Below are positions 9,719 to 19,292 of a stretch of DNA of 44,468 nt, piece after piece. The stretch spans positions 1 to 44,468 of the IMG/VR virus record IMGVR_UViG_2778261246_000004; one strand, given 5' to 3'. This stretch comes from a virus. Its lineage: Duplodnaviria > Heunggongvirae > Uroviricota > Caudoviricetes. The notes beneath the pieces are model-generated. The model made no database searches. It saw nothing but the letters and a program-made list of their open reading frames with translations, and was not told the origin of the DNA. The position numbers were made by a program, and so were the translations under genes. Position 1 is the stretch's first letter, and every line of letters starts with the position of its first letter.

Positions 9719-10264
9719 TCAGGTATTTTGTGGCTGCTCAGGCCAGCTAATATTGTTGTAAGTGGTCTTATCCGTAATAGCGCTGAAATCCATCGCCTGC
9801 AGCGATTTCGCGTAAATGCGGTACGCTTTGAGCTTTTCCCTGTCTTCGTCGCTGATTAAACCCAGCAGCAGGTCTTTTTCCCATTCGCTGGTCATGATAC
9901 TGACCTGTTTTAACAGTGCGTCACACTCATCTTCCGCTTTAAGTTTGTAGTCAAAAACAAATTCATCATTGCGGTAGAACCAGTAACCCGACGCCTCAAT
10001 GCGACGATTGGCGGTAATATCCGGTAGCTCAATCACGCTTTTATTTTCCGGGCAGATTGAGGTGATGTCTTTTCCGACCCAGACCACTTCGCCAGTTTCA
10101 ACATAAATAACTTTCAGAGTGTCTGGCTGAAATTTTTCCTGGGCTTCGTGCCATTCCTGACCATCATCGGAGAACAGCCACAATAAAAATTTATGCTGTC
10201 GCGCCAGCTGGTATTGCTCAATTGTTTTGGGGTTTTGTACCGTAAGATTTTTTAAGTGCATCAT
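9719..10264 (-). CDS. Tail fibre assembly protein (P2 gpG / Tfa-like)
   Basis: 181-aa ORF; N-terminus MMHLKN...NPKT.EQYQL and motif LPDITANRR typical of enterobacterial Tfa proteins; directly 3' of fibre gene. Confidence 0.75.
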   Translation of the reverse strand: MMHLKNLTVQNPKTIEQYQLARQHKFLLWLFSDDGQEWHEAQEKFQPDTLKVIYVETGEVVWVGKDITSICPENKSVIELPDITANRRIEASGYWFYRNDEFVFDYKLKAEDECDALLKQVSIMTSEWEKDLLLGLISDEDREKLKAYRIYAKSLQAMDFSAITDKTTYNNISWPEQPQNT

Positions 10265-10266
10265 AA

Positions 10267-11652
10267 TTACAAACTCGCTACATTCCGCCAGACGCCATTA
10301 ATCAGAACCTGCACCGGGCGGGCATTGGCCCAGTCCATACTTTCACCACCATCAAGACCGCTGATAAGGTGACCTGATGGTGCATTCCCGCCACGCCCAA
10401 TACCAATGGCACCGCCCAGACGCACATCCTGTACACCGCCTGTTTTGGTCTGATAGCGGGCATCAAAGTTTCCGTAGTTTGATGGAACCATCTGCCCGTT
10501 TACAGCGAACGTTATACTGTTATCCGTATTCCTCTGACTGTAAAAATGCCAGCCGGAATCATCGCCAAGCTCTGCAACTACAGGTCGGGATGAATTACCC
10601 CATAAATTAAACGTTGCGTTTTTCGTGGAGTTGTTGGCGCTGGATAACGTGAATTTTTTAGCATTTCCGGCCTGAATATTTTTTAACGCTATCGCCACAC
10701 CATTCTGGAAACGAAATACATGCTGTCCATTCGCATAAACATCCAGAATGCCGTCGCCGTTTTGTTTTATACCTGTATCGTTATCCCCGAAAGCAATTGA
10801 GTTTCCGCCCAGCGCGTTCTGAACGCCGATACCCAGCGTACCATTGACCTGAGAACCGCCGCCAACAGACACTTTATGCGACATGGATATTTCACCCGTC
10901 CGCAGATTAATAGTGAACGGTCGAAGTGGACCAATATCGCCATTCTCGCCCTGACCTTCACTGGTAGGGATAAGGTGCAGGCACTCTTCCGAACGACGAA
11001 AAATCAGACCAAAGGCTTCGTTGAAAATCCTCAGCGCATTAACACCACGGATTTTCAGTTCCCCGGTCATGGTGTCACCATCACGCTGAACGGCATTTTT
11101 TGCCTTGTCCACCGTGGGTTTTAATCCGAGGTTTTCAACAGCCTCATCCTTGTCTTCCACATCCGAAAGATTCTTTTTTCGTTGCAGATAGCGTCTGTCT
11201 CCGATTTCCTGAGTAATAATGGCCCTGTCCGGATCAACTTCCAGCACCACGTTTTGTGCGTGCGTCAGCCCAAGAACCAGCGTCAGAATAACTTCCTTGA
11301 TAACGGAGTCCGTCTGGTCTGGTAAAAAGGTGTCGGGATAACGTCCGTACGCGATAAGCGTACCTCTGTCGCTGATCATCCCCAGTTCACGAAGGGTTTT
11401 ACCGGGGTATGATTTACAGTCAATCACAATATCCCCGCTGATGAAGCCCTCCTCCACCGCACCGTCGGAAAAGGGTTCCTGCCCGAATTCGCCGTACAAC
11501 GATGTCATTGCTGCCATTTCATCCGGCGTGGAGGGCAATGCCCGCCCGCCCCCGTCACCAAGCAGAACATGCCGGACGGTCACGGTTTGCCCGTTCTGAT
11601 ATGCTGCTTCAATTTCTGCAGCGCCGGACGTTGTCAGAATCAGTCCATTCAT
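10267..11652 (-). CDS. Tail fibre protein (P2 gpH-like N-terminal domain)
   Basis: 461-aa ORF between gpI-like and Tfa genes; Gly/Asn-rich C-terminal half typical of fibre tips. Confidence 0.75.
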   Translation of the reverse strand: MNGLILTTSGAAEIEAAYQNGQTVTVRHVLLGDGGGRALPSTPDEMAAMTSLYGEFGQEPFSDGAVEEGFISGDIVIDCKSYPGKTLRELGMISDRGTLIAYGRYPDTFLPDQTDSVIKEVILTLVLGLTHAQNVVLEVDPDRAIITQEIGDRRYLQRKKNLSDVEDKDEAVENLGLKPTVDKAKNAVQRDGDTMTGELKIRGVNALRIFNEAFGLIFRRSEECLHLIPTSEGQGENGDIGPLRPFTINLRTGEISMSHKVSVGGGSQVNGTLGIGVQNALGGNSIAFGDNDTGIKQNGDGILDVYANGQHVFRFQNGVAIALKNIQAGNAKKFTLSSANNSTKNATFNLWGNSSRPVVAELGDDSGWHFYSQRNTDNSITFAVNGQMVPSNYGNFDARYQTKTGGVQDVRLGGAIGIGRGGNAPSGHLISGLDGGESMDWANARPVQVLINGVWRNVASL

Positions 11653-12239
11653 ACACCTGCCTCACTCTGCCCGCCTGTGGGCACTGTCTTTGTTGTCACA
11701 CCGGTACTTCTGATTTTTTCTGTCGCCATCACATAGCCGTAACCAAATCCACGCCCTGTGCTGTTCCCGTAAACGTGAATACTGAACCAGCTGCGCAGAT
11801 TTTTGGCACGGAGCACCGCATGCTTCAGATCCTGATGATCATTCATCAGCACCGGTAAATCCTTCTGCTCCACGTTCAGACGAAAGGTATACGGCTCCCC
11901 GGGTGGGGTCTGCTCATACCACTCAACAATCTGCGACCGGAAGGGACTGTCAGCCAGCGATGCCATCAGCGCCGCTTTAGTCCCTCTGTGGCGGTGGATG
12001 TAAGCAGCACGTTTTATCGCAGACCGTTTTTCCGCCTCCGTCCAGTGTTCATTCCAGGTGTCCACCGCCATTTCCCAGGCCAGCCATGGCAGCAATTCAG
12101 CAGGACATAAATCGGGATTTTTCACATAGCGGATCAGGCAGACCGCTATGTCTGACAGCATATCTCCGGCGACACAGTCCACCACCCGCTCTGCCCGGCT
12201 GGCACTGACCGGCAGTATGCTCCTGATATCGTCATTCAT
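11649..12239 (-). CDS. Baseplate protein gpI-like
   Basis: 196-aa ORF; motif PA.LLPWLAWE/A...D.W matches P2 gpI by memory; position after gpJ. Confidence 0.75.
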   Translation of the reverse strand: MNDDIRSILPVSASRAERVVDCVAGDMLSDIAVCLIRYVKNPDLCPAELLPWLAWEMAVDTWNEHWTEAEKRSAIKRAAYIHRHRGTKAALMASLADSPFRSQIVEWYEQTPPGEPYTFRLNVEQKDLPVLMNDHQDLKHAVLRAKNLRSWFSIHVYGNSTGRGFGYGYVMATEKIRSTGVTTKTVPTGGQSEAGV

Positions 12240-13146
12240 CAGTTGTCTCCACCTTATTCAGCGTTACCTTACGGCACCACGGTGCCTGCCCCATCGCAGG
12301 AACGATATCACTGCCCGGAGAAGTCAGATTCACCGTAATCACCCCGGTCTGGTGAAGGGCACCATCCATGCCAGAACGGGATGCCACCGAGCCAATCCGG
12401 TGGACACTGTCAGTGTATGACTGCAGCGCCTTGTGGGCATTTGCCATAACCAGTTCACCATCCAGTCCGTAGGGAATATGAATATCCGCCACCACATCGT
12501 AGGGAATAATTTCTGCCGCCCGGACACTGACAAAATCCGTCAGGGGACGGGTTTCATCATCACAGACTGATGCTGCCACCTTATCCAGCAGAGGTTGTGA
12601 TGCAGTGCCATTTCCGGACCGGGATAACACATAAAGAAAAACCCGGCCTTCCTGCGAATGTGTTTCCGGCCCGTAAGCCTTCACATCCAGCACGTCAGGA
12701 TCAGCACTTTGTGCAAAATAGTGATACGCATTTTTCGCGCCGGCGGTGCTGAGCCGTGCCCATGACAACTGGATACGTTCGCGAAAAGCGTCATCATCTT
12801 CATACACCGCCGGCGTGGGCGGAACGGTGCTGTCGTCTGCCGGGGTAATCACCAGACGCTGTACCTGAAAATTCGCACCAATCTGATCCAGGTCGTTCCT
12901 TCGGGCGCTCGCAAGCAGTACACCCCGGACAGCATCATTGACCTGCTGGCGCATCAGCGCCACCCGGAAAGCCAGCGCCTCTGCCCATTTATACGCGGGA
13001 TCAGATTCCACCAGAGCCGAAAACAACGTATCCAGCTCCTGATACTTCGCCACTATCTGAGTGACCAGCACAGCGGTGTCCGGCACCTCCACCGCATCCG
13101 GTACCGGTATCGCGGACAGATCAATAATTGCCTGAGACGTTGCCAA
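12232..13146 (-). CDS. Baseplate assembly protein J (P2 gpJ-like)
   Basis: 304-aa ORF (P2 gpJ is about 302 aa); V-W-J-I order. Confidence 0.8.
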   Translation of the reverse strand: MATSQAIIDLSAIPVPDAVEVPDTAVLVTQIVAKYQELDTLFSALVESDPAYKWAEALAFRVALMRQQVNDAVRGVLLASARRNDLDQIGANFQVQRLVITPADDSTVPPTPAVYEDDDAFRERIQLSWARLSTAGAKNAYHYFAQSADPDVLDVKAYGPETHSQEGRVFLYVLSRSGNGTASQPLLDKVAASVCDDETRPLTDFVSVRAAEIIPYDVVADIHIPYGLDGELVMANAHKALQSYTDSVHRIGSVASRSGMDGALHQTGVITVNLTSPGSDIVPAMGQAPWCRKVTLNKVETTDE

Positions 13147-13477
13147 TTTTTATCTCCTCGAGTCGAATCGTTTCCTGAGTTTCGTTGTTCACCCCGACAA
13201 GCGTCAGCCACGCGCTTCCTTCTCCTGTCCACGTCACTTCCACCCGCCGGAGAGTCAGACGGGGTTCCCAGCGTTCAAGGGCGGTTACCGTTTCACGAAC
13301 AATTCTCACCCGCGTGAAATCATCCTGTGGGTTATCAAGCAGACTGAAAAGTCTGCTGCCGTATTCCCTGAGCAGGACCCGGCTGCCGACCGGTGTTGAC
13401 AAAATATCAGTGACGGACTGGCGCAGATGTTCGTTACCGTGCAGATATCTGCCGGTGGCTGAATCAATACCAATCAT
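13121..13477 (-). CDS. Baseplate protein W (gpW / GP25-like)
   Basis: 118-aa ORF; block D.L.TPVGSRV.RR.YGS resembles P2 gpW. Confidence 0.8.
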   Translation of the reverse strand: MIGIDSATGRYLHGNEHLRQSVTDILSTPVGSRVLLREYGSRLFSLLDNPQDDFTRVRIVRETVTALERWEPRLTLRRVEVTWTGEGSAWLTLVGVNNETQETIRLEEIKIGNVSGNY

Positions 13478-13510
13478 GTTGTTTATTCCGGAAAAAGAAC
13501 TGAAAGGAGA

Positions 13511-14134
13511 TTACATTTGCTGACCAGGCTGTCCGGTGCTGCCACCACTGTCGCCCCGGTGATTGTGACCGTTATAGACAATTCTGATTTGACTCATCGT
13601 TCCGTGATAATCAGAAACCTCACCACCGACCATCAGATCCGCCTTAACCACCGCCTCAGCATTCATGGTTGCTTTACCCTGTACGGTCAGGGTATCTGTG
13701 ATTTCTACCGGACCGTCCAGGGTTCCCCTGCCTGTAATTTTATAGCTGCCGCCTTCAGCCAGCGTGATGGACAGGACATTAGCCTGACGGTCGTAACGGA
13801 TTTCCGTTCCGGTATCAAACAAAATAACATGTTCGTATTCACTGCCCTCAGGGACAGGAATGGCGTCAATATTGGCCCCCGGATACACCCGACCGTTACG
13901 CAAATCGCCCGCCTCCGATATCACTGTAACGGCATCTCCGGGAGCCGGGTAATTACTGACCTGCATGTAGCGCCCGGACTGTACCTGAATCCAGGGCAAC
14001 GGAGGCGAAAGCACATCCCCGATATCCACCCGAACCATCACCGGGCTACCCGGGATCACCTCGTCCACCACGCCGCGACGGACCATGTCCGCCACCCTGC
14101 GGCGTAACTCTGCCACTTCATCCGCCAGACTCAT
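13511..14134 (-). CDS. Baseplate spike protein V (P2 gpV-like)
   Basis: Start taken at internal ATG 14134 (GGAGGG RBS 8 nt upstream; longer ORF overlaps the upstream gene); C-terminal Gly-rich needle motif with His residues. Confidence 0.75.
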   Translation of the reverse strand: MSLADEVAELRRRVADMVRRGVVDEVIPGSPVMVRVDIGDVLSPPLPWIQVQSGRYMQVSNYPAPGDAVTVISEAGDLRNGRVYPGANIDAIPVPEGSEYEHVILFDTGTEIRYDRQANVLSITLAEGGSYKITGRGTLDGPVEITDTLTVQGKATMNAEAVVKADLMVGGEVSDYHGTMSQIRIVYNGHNHRGDSGGSTGQPGQQM

Positions 14135-14684
14135 CACCGGTGCCCTCCGATTTCCAGATAAGACGATAATCCCGCTCATGTTTCTTGCCGGTTTCCGGAG
14201 CTTTCCCCAGCCAGACTTCCTGTAACGGCGCACCAGCCGGAACCTCGAACGGATCTTCTCCGACAGGAATATCCTGTTCAAAAGAAACGCGGAAAACGAT
14301 GTAGTCATCCAGAAGCCGGTCGAAGGTATCCACCTCAGCATCAATAAAAACAGCCGGATCAACGTTATCCAGCCCGAACGTGGCCCCCTCAATCCAGTCA
14401 GATAAATCCATCGCCAGACAACGGGCAAAAATCTGCGGTTTTGGCACGTTTTCCGTCTTCCCGGCCCGGTCTGTCACCACAAACAGATCACATTTCAGCG
14501 TGACCCGCGTCTGCCCGTCGGCAAACTGAGCCTTGTCCCAGCCCGGTACATCCACAAACACGGCAGGCGTCACCAGTTGTGTCACTTTTTCCGGATACTC
14601 ATCGGCATCTTCCACCCAGGGAATTTGTTTCAGACTGTCAATCACCGCCTGATGCCAGGCGCCCATCATCAATGGCTCCATCAC
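14118..14684 (-). CDS. Hypothetical tail completion / neck protein (position of P2 R/S)
   Basis: 188-aa ORF between head-joining genes and gpV; function assigned by position only. Confidence 0.4.
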   Translation of the reverse strand: MMEPLMMGAWHQAVIDSLKQIPWVEDADEYPEKVTQLVTPAVFVDVPGWDKAQFADGQTRVTLKCDLFVVTDRAGKTENVPKPQIFARCLAMDLSDWIEGATFGLDNVDPAVFIDAEVDTFDRLLDDYIVFRVSFEQDIPVGEDPFEVPAGAPLQEVWLGKAPETGKKHERDYRLIWKSEGTGDESGG

Positions 14685-15403
14685 TCCAGCCCCTTAAATA
14701 CCCGGAATTTCAGTTCATGCTCAAAATTTTTCAGGATCAGTGCTTCCGCATCCGGAAAAACAAAATCCTCTATACGGTTCAGCATGGCTTCATAAATATC
14801 AATTTCCGCTTCACGCACCCTCCGTCGTCCGGATGCCTGTCGGATCAGTATCGTTTTCCTTTTTGATATACGTCCGTTACGATTTTCCGCTTCGAACTGG
14901 TTGATAAAGGCATCATCCGTTGACCAGGTGGTGACAGGCAGGGATTCCCCGGCAGGTTTAAAACGGATCTCCCGTGCCTTCCTCCGGTGGGAAGCTGGTG
15001 CAAAACGCCCCCGCTCATCGCGCAACTGATGGCGTTCGCCGCGTCGTCCCCCACTGATGCGTCCGCGCAGATCGCGTACTTTGATGGCGTTCAGACCGAA
15101 CCATACCTTCGCCTCATCAAACTCATCACCGTTACGACGAATGATAAAATTATGCAGAACACGCTTTTTGATCATTTTCTGACTGCGTGGGGCAACCTGT
15201 TTTTTAAACTCTGCCATAGCCTTCATCCGCAGTGCAGACGCGGCTCTTTTCAGCGCCACGCCCCAGGCTTTACGGATCTGACTTTTTGACCCACCCAGTT
15301 TAGCGATAATTTTCAGCACCTCATCTTCATCAATATCGACAACGAGGTTTCGTGCCAGCCGTCGCTGCCGGGCACTGCTTCGTTCATGCTCTCTGACTGC
15401 CAT
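14681..15403 (-). CDS. Hypothetical virion protein (possible tail completion or head-tail connector)
   Basis: ORF 14681-15463; start likely ATG at 15403 (MAVREHER), overlapping the FII-like gene end; basic protein. Confidence 0.4.
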   Translation of the reverse strand: MAVREHERSSARQRRLARNLVVDIDEDEVLKIIAKLGGSKSQIRKAWGVALKRAASALRMKAMAEFKKQVAPRSQKMIKKRVLHNFIIRRNGDEFDEAKVWFGLNAIKVRDLRGRISGGRRGERHQLRDERGRFAPASHRRKAREIRFKPAGESLPVTTWSTDDAFINQFEAENRNGRISKRKTILIRQASGRRRVREAEIDIYEAMLNRIEDFVFPDAEALILKNFEHELKFRVFKGLE

Positions 15404-15791
15404 AACGTTTACTCGGTCGTTCCGGTGCAGCAGGTGTATTTCTCCCGGGCTCTCCACGCGCAAGGGTGATGGTAATCACCCCCTGACCCGCAGCGCCTGA
15501 CTCATCCCAGCCGGGATCGACTACCTGATAGGGTTCGCCGTGGATCATGACCCTGTCATATTTTTTCAGACCGGCGGCCCATGCGCTCCGGGTAAATAAC
15601 ACGGGCGCAGTATCACGAATTTCGCCGCTGCCAGTGTTCATCCCGGTGTTATCTGCCGGGGCATCAAAAACGGCACGGATTTTTCTTTCCGTGCCGCCCG
15701 GATATATGCTGATTTCCGTCCCCATCGTATCCAGGATGATGTCATCCGCATCACTCATGGCCTGATCGAACAGATTATCGAACATCATCAC
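15384..15791 (-). CDS. Head-tail joining protein, lambda FII-like
   Basis: 135-aa ORF; N-terminus M..FDNLFD.A...AD..I...MGT matches lambda FII by memory. Confidence 0.7.
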   Translation of the reverse strand: MMMFDNLFDQAMSDADDIILDTMGTEISIYPGGTERKIRAVFDAPADNTGMNTGSGEIRDTAPVLFTRSAWAAGLKKYDRVMIHGEPYQVVDPGWDESGAAGQGVITITLARGEPGRNTPAAPERPSKRYGSQRA

Positions 15792-16153
15792 TCCCGGATT
15801 TTTTCTGCCAGACCGTCTGCCAGCAACGCGGGAACTGTGGCTTCATTAACCAGCACAACACTGGAGGCCCGGGCAAACATCAACATTTTTCCCGTCACAG
15901 CATCACAGGCTGGCATATGCGCCGTTTTCAGCATACGCACCCGGGCGAGTCCCTGCTCAGAATGCATTCCGTCGCCGGATGCATCGTTGCCCACCTCTTC
16001 CTTCCCCGTCTCCTCCCCATCGAATCCGGCGGCCTCCTCCTCCCATTCCGCCAGACGCTGCTCAAGATCGGCTTTTGAACCTGAAATATCTGCTTCACGC
16101 CCCAGAATCACTGCCAGTTCCTGCAAACGTTCAGTCATCTGCTCTTTTGTCAT
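15788..16153 (-). CDS. DNA packaging protein, lambda FI-like
   Basis: Start at internal ATG 16153 (MTKEQ, RBS GGGAGAG); position between E and FII as in lambda. Confidence 0.55.
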   Translation of the reverse strand: MTKEQMTERLQELAVILGREADISGSKADLEQRLAEWEEEAAGFDGEETGKEEVGNDASGDGMHSEQGLARVRMLKTAHMPACDAVTGKMLMFARASSVVLVNEATVPALLADGLAEKIRE

Positions 16154-16203
16154 CACATCTCTCCCGTGCGCTAAAGAAAAAGGCGGGAATATCCCGCCCT
16201 GTC

Positions 16204-17232
16204 TTATTTCACCTGAACCACCACAAACGCATCCGGATCCGGCAGCACCATCAACGGCGCAGACTGCGTCATGGTATATTCGCAACCAGGATCCCCCACT
16301 TCCTCCCAGTGTTTCGGATAACGAATCGCAGAGGTGATCCCTTCACTCAGCGCCTGATTATCCTGGATTGCGCCATAGCAACGGACGCCCTCCGCCTGAG
16401 TGTTTCCCAGAATCAGTGTGCCTTCCGGCAGATAACGCTGTTCATCGCCGTTTTCATCAACATACGTTGTCTTCGCCACCACAATGGCCAGATCGCCGTA
16501 ATGGCCTTTAAAGGAAACCACGGAGCCCAGGTCTTTCAGTGCCGTTTCCAGCTCAGATTTGGAGCCACGGCGGGTATCCAGTTTTTCACGGAACAGTTTA
16601 AAACCGTTCAGCATACGCCAGACCGTACCGTCCATAATCGCGATATTGATGGTACCGGAAGCAAAATCGCAGTACGCATCAAGATCATGCGTCGGATCAA
16701 AGGTGTCAGCATTCTGCTTTGACCATTCGCGTCCGCCAGCCTGCGTAATGTTATTGGCGGCAGAACGCCCAAAATCCACTTCCACCGTCTCAAACTGCTC
16801 GCCGCTCATGGTGTATTTACCCTGCAGAACGGCACTGACTGCCTGCATTTCTTCCACCTGCACAATCGCCTGCTCTTCCTGTTTCAGGTTGTCCGTCAGA
16901 ATACGCAGACGGCGGTAAGCCGGGTCATTAAGGCGGGCCGGATCTTCCCCCGGAAGACGTTCTACAGCCTGCTGATAATCAAAGCGGTGTTTTGGTTTTA
17001 CATAACCGGGACGTAACACGCGGGTTTCACCACCACGGCTGCGCAGCACTTTGCCTGACACCACCGGAGACACATACGCCGCAACCGGTGTTTTGCCGGT
17101 AATTTTATCCAGCATGACTTCCTGAGTATGGAAAGTGATCGTGCGACGAAAGAACAGCTCAAGAAACAGCGCACGAAATTTCACTTTCTGCTCGGTGTAC
17201 CCGAGTAACTGACGCGTGGTAAATAACCCCAT
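16204..17232 (-). CDS. Major capsid protein, lambda gpE-like
   Basis: 342-aa ORF (lambda E is 341 aa); long runs align with lambda E (YVSPV.SG.V.RSRGG, PGYVKPKH, EEMQAVSAVL.GKYTM.GE.F, NITQ.GG.EWSK, LDTRRGS.SELETA.KDLG). Confidence 0.9.
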   Translation of the reverse strand: MGLFTTRQLLGYTEQKVKFRALFLELFFRRTITFHTQEVMLDKITGKTPVAAYVSPVVSGKVLRSRGGETRVLRPGYVKPKHRFDYQQAVERLPGEDPARLNDPAYRRLRILTDNLKQEEQAIVQVEEMQAVSAVLQGKYTMSGEQFETVEVDFGRSAANNITQAGGREWSKQNADTFDPTHDLDAYCDFASGTINIAIMDGTVWRMLNGFKLFREKLDTRRGSKSELETALKDLGSVVSFKGHYGDLAIVVAKTTYVDENGDEQRYLPEGTLILGNTQAEGVRCYGAIQDNQALSEGITSAIRYPKHWEEVGDPGCEYTMTQSAPLMVLPDPDAFVVVQVK

Positions 17233-17301
17233 AATTTATTTTCCTTCAGAAACACAAACGGGCCGCATCGCGACCCGTTTTTTCAGTTAATCACTTCACC
17301 A

Positions 17302-17637
17302 TCAGGCGTGGCTGATGGCACTTCCCACAAATGCGTTGGCTTTTTTCACCGCATCCACCGAACCAGGCCAGGCCAGCGACTCAGTGGCAAACGTACCGCT
17401 TTTGTAGTACGTCAGCATGGGCTCGGTCCCGGCAAGCGCCAGAGCCAGCACACCCACAGCCGTTCCGGCTTTCTGACCATCCCAGACAACCAGTTTTCCG
17501 GTGGCGTCATCCAGCATCAGTGGCGTCAGTGCAGGTGTGGCAGCACTGATACCACTGGTGGCTGTTGCGGTATGCGCCGGATCGCTTCCGGCAAAAATGC
17601 GCACATCTGCACGCTTTTCCGTGGTGGTTTTAATCAT
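17302..17637 (-). CDS. Head decoration protein, lambda gpD-like
   Basis: 111-aa ORF; SDPAHTATA..G.SA..PA.TPLMLD...KLV.WDG, YKSGTF and FVG.AIS match lambda D. Confidence 0.85.
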   Translation of the reverse strand: MIKTTTEKRADVRIFAGSDPAHTATATSGISAATPALTPLMLDDATGKLVVWDGQKAGTAVGVLALALAGTEPMLTYYKSGTFATESLAWPGSVDAVKKANAFVGSAISHA

Positions 17638-17675
17638 TTTTCAGCCTCCTGATTTATCTGAATTCCGGATATCGC

Positions 17676-19292
17676 TTACGGCATACTCATCAGCAGGTCT
17701 TCCTCCCCGCGCCCGGCAGTTCCGCCACCGGAAACCGCACTGGCAGCATGCTGTGCCATAAAGCGATCAAAAAGTGTTTCCTGTGACGGTTGCGATGCCG
17801 CCGGCGCGGCTGCCAGCAGCGTTTTCGCCTGCACCACCGTCATTCCTGGCTGTTCTGTCAGTGCCTGTGCAAGTTGCTCGCGCCCTTTTGCCTCCGGCAG
17901 CGCCATAATCTGATCGCCGACACTTGCAGAACCCGCAACCGGTGCCGCCGCCAGTAACGTTTTGGCCTGGTCAACGGTCATTCCCGGCTGTTCAGCCAGC
18001 GCCTGCGCGAGTTGTTCACGCCCTTTTGCTTCCGGTAACGCCATAATCTGATCGCCTGTGCCTGCAGCACCGGCAGCAGGGGCTGCCGCCAGAAACGCTT
18101 TCGCCTGCTCCACCGTCATCCCCGGTTGACCTGCCAGCATCTGTGCCAGTTGCTCACGCCCCTTTGCTTCCGGCAGCCCCATAATCTGATCACCTGTATT
18201 TGCCACACTGGCAGCAGGCACAGCAGCCAGGAACGCTTTCGCCTGCTCTACCGTCATTCCAGGCTGACCTGCCAGCATTTGCGCCAGTTGCTCGCGCCCT
18301 TTCGCCTCCTGACAATTCAGGATCCCCATCACGCGCTGATTTTCCTGGGCCACCGCTTCAGCAACGGTGAGATTTTTAACAGTCATTGCATTCTCCTTCG
18401 TAACAGAGTCATTCAGTGCAGAAACCATCACTTCAACGGCATCTGCAGCATTAATCAGTTGATCAGCCAGACCTGCATCAATGCCTGCCTGACCGTCATA
18501 AACGGCAGCCTCGGTATTCATCACCGCCTCTGAACTCAGCCCCGTATAAAGCGCCACCTTGTCGACAAACATCCGGCGGGCCTCATCAATACGGCGCTGA
18601 AAATCTGCACGCACACCTGCCGGCAATGCCTGAATACTGTTGCCATCAACCTTGTGCTGCCCGGAGTAAATCAGCGTGATGTCCACCCCTTCCTGTGCCA
18701 GTTGTTTCTCGTAACTGGCGTGCGCCATCATCACGCCAATCGAACCAATTTTTGCCGTCTGCGTGACCAGCCGACGGGTACAGGCTGCCGCCAGCAACAT
18801 GGCGGCTGAACAGGCCATGTCATTACACAGCGCCCACACGGGCTTCTGTTCCCGCAGACGGTAAATCATGTCAGCGCAGTCAAACGCCCCGGCAGCCTGA
18901 CCGCCCGGGCTGTCGATATCCAGCAAAATGCCGCTCACATCCGGATCATTCACCGCCATCTGAAGACGGGCAGTCAGGCCGTCATAGCCAGTCATGCCGG
19001 AGTAAGGCCGCAGGGTACCCAGTTTATGCACCAGCGTGCCGCTCACCGGCAGAATGGCGATGCCATTCTTCACCTGGTAACTCTTTGCCGGACGCTGACC
19101 GCCCGCCATATAGTCAGTCACAGCCAGTTGCATACCATCAGCATCAAGCTGAACAGCCTGCTGAGGAACGGCAAGGCTGCCGGCCCCCATCTCTTTACCC
19201 AGCGCGCAAAAGAAAACCCGCGCATAGGCGGGCTCCAGTAAAAGCGGTTCATTAAATGCCATGGCGGCAATATGCGATAAATTACGACGCAT
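17676..19292 (-). CDS. Prohead protease / scaffold protein, lambda gpC-like (S49 peptidase family) with expanded C-terminal repeats
   Basis: Start ATG 19292 (MRRNLSHIAAMAFNEPLLLEPAYARVFF matches lambda C N-terminus); C-terminus has four tandem 46-aa repeats. Confidence 0.8.
   Translation of the reverse strand: MRRNLSHIAAMAFNEPLLLEPAYARVFFCALGKEMGAGSLAVPQQAVQLDADGMQLAVTDYMAGGQRPAKSYQVKNGIAILPVSGTLVHKLGTLRPYSGMTGYDGLTARLQMAVNDPDVSGILLDIDSPGGQAAGAFDCADMIYRLREQKPVWALCNDMACSAAMLLAAACTRRLVTQTAKIGSIGVMMAHASYEKQLAQEGVDITLIYSGQHKVDGNSIQALPAGVRADFQRRIDEARRMFVDKVALYTGLSSEAVMNTEAAVYDGQAGIDAGLADQLINAADAVEVMVSALNDSVTKENAMTVKNLTVAEAVAQENQRVMGILNCQEAKGREQLAQMLAGQPGMTVEQAKAFLAAVPAASVANTGDQIMGLPEAKGREQLAQMLAGQPGMTVEQAKAFLAAAPAAGAAGTGDQIMALPEAKGREQLAQALAEQPGMTVDQAKTLLAAAPVAGSASVGDQIMALPEAKGREQLAQALTEQPGMTVVQAKTLLAAAPAASQPSQETLFDRFMAQHAASAVSGGGTAGRGEEDLLMSMP
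17780..18335. repeat. Four tandem imperfect 138-bp direct repeats inside the protease/scaffold gene
   Basis: Protein repeat LPEAKGREQLAQ(M/A)LA(G/E)QPGMTV.QAK..LAAAP...; lambda C carries a single copy of the related segment. Confidence 0.7.

Noticed and set aside
15979-16722. 247-aa plus-strand ORF antisense to capsid and FI genes
   Set aside because: Pro/Arg-rich low-complexity translation, fully overlapped by well-supported head genes on the opposite strand
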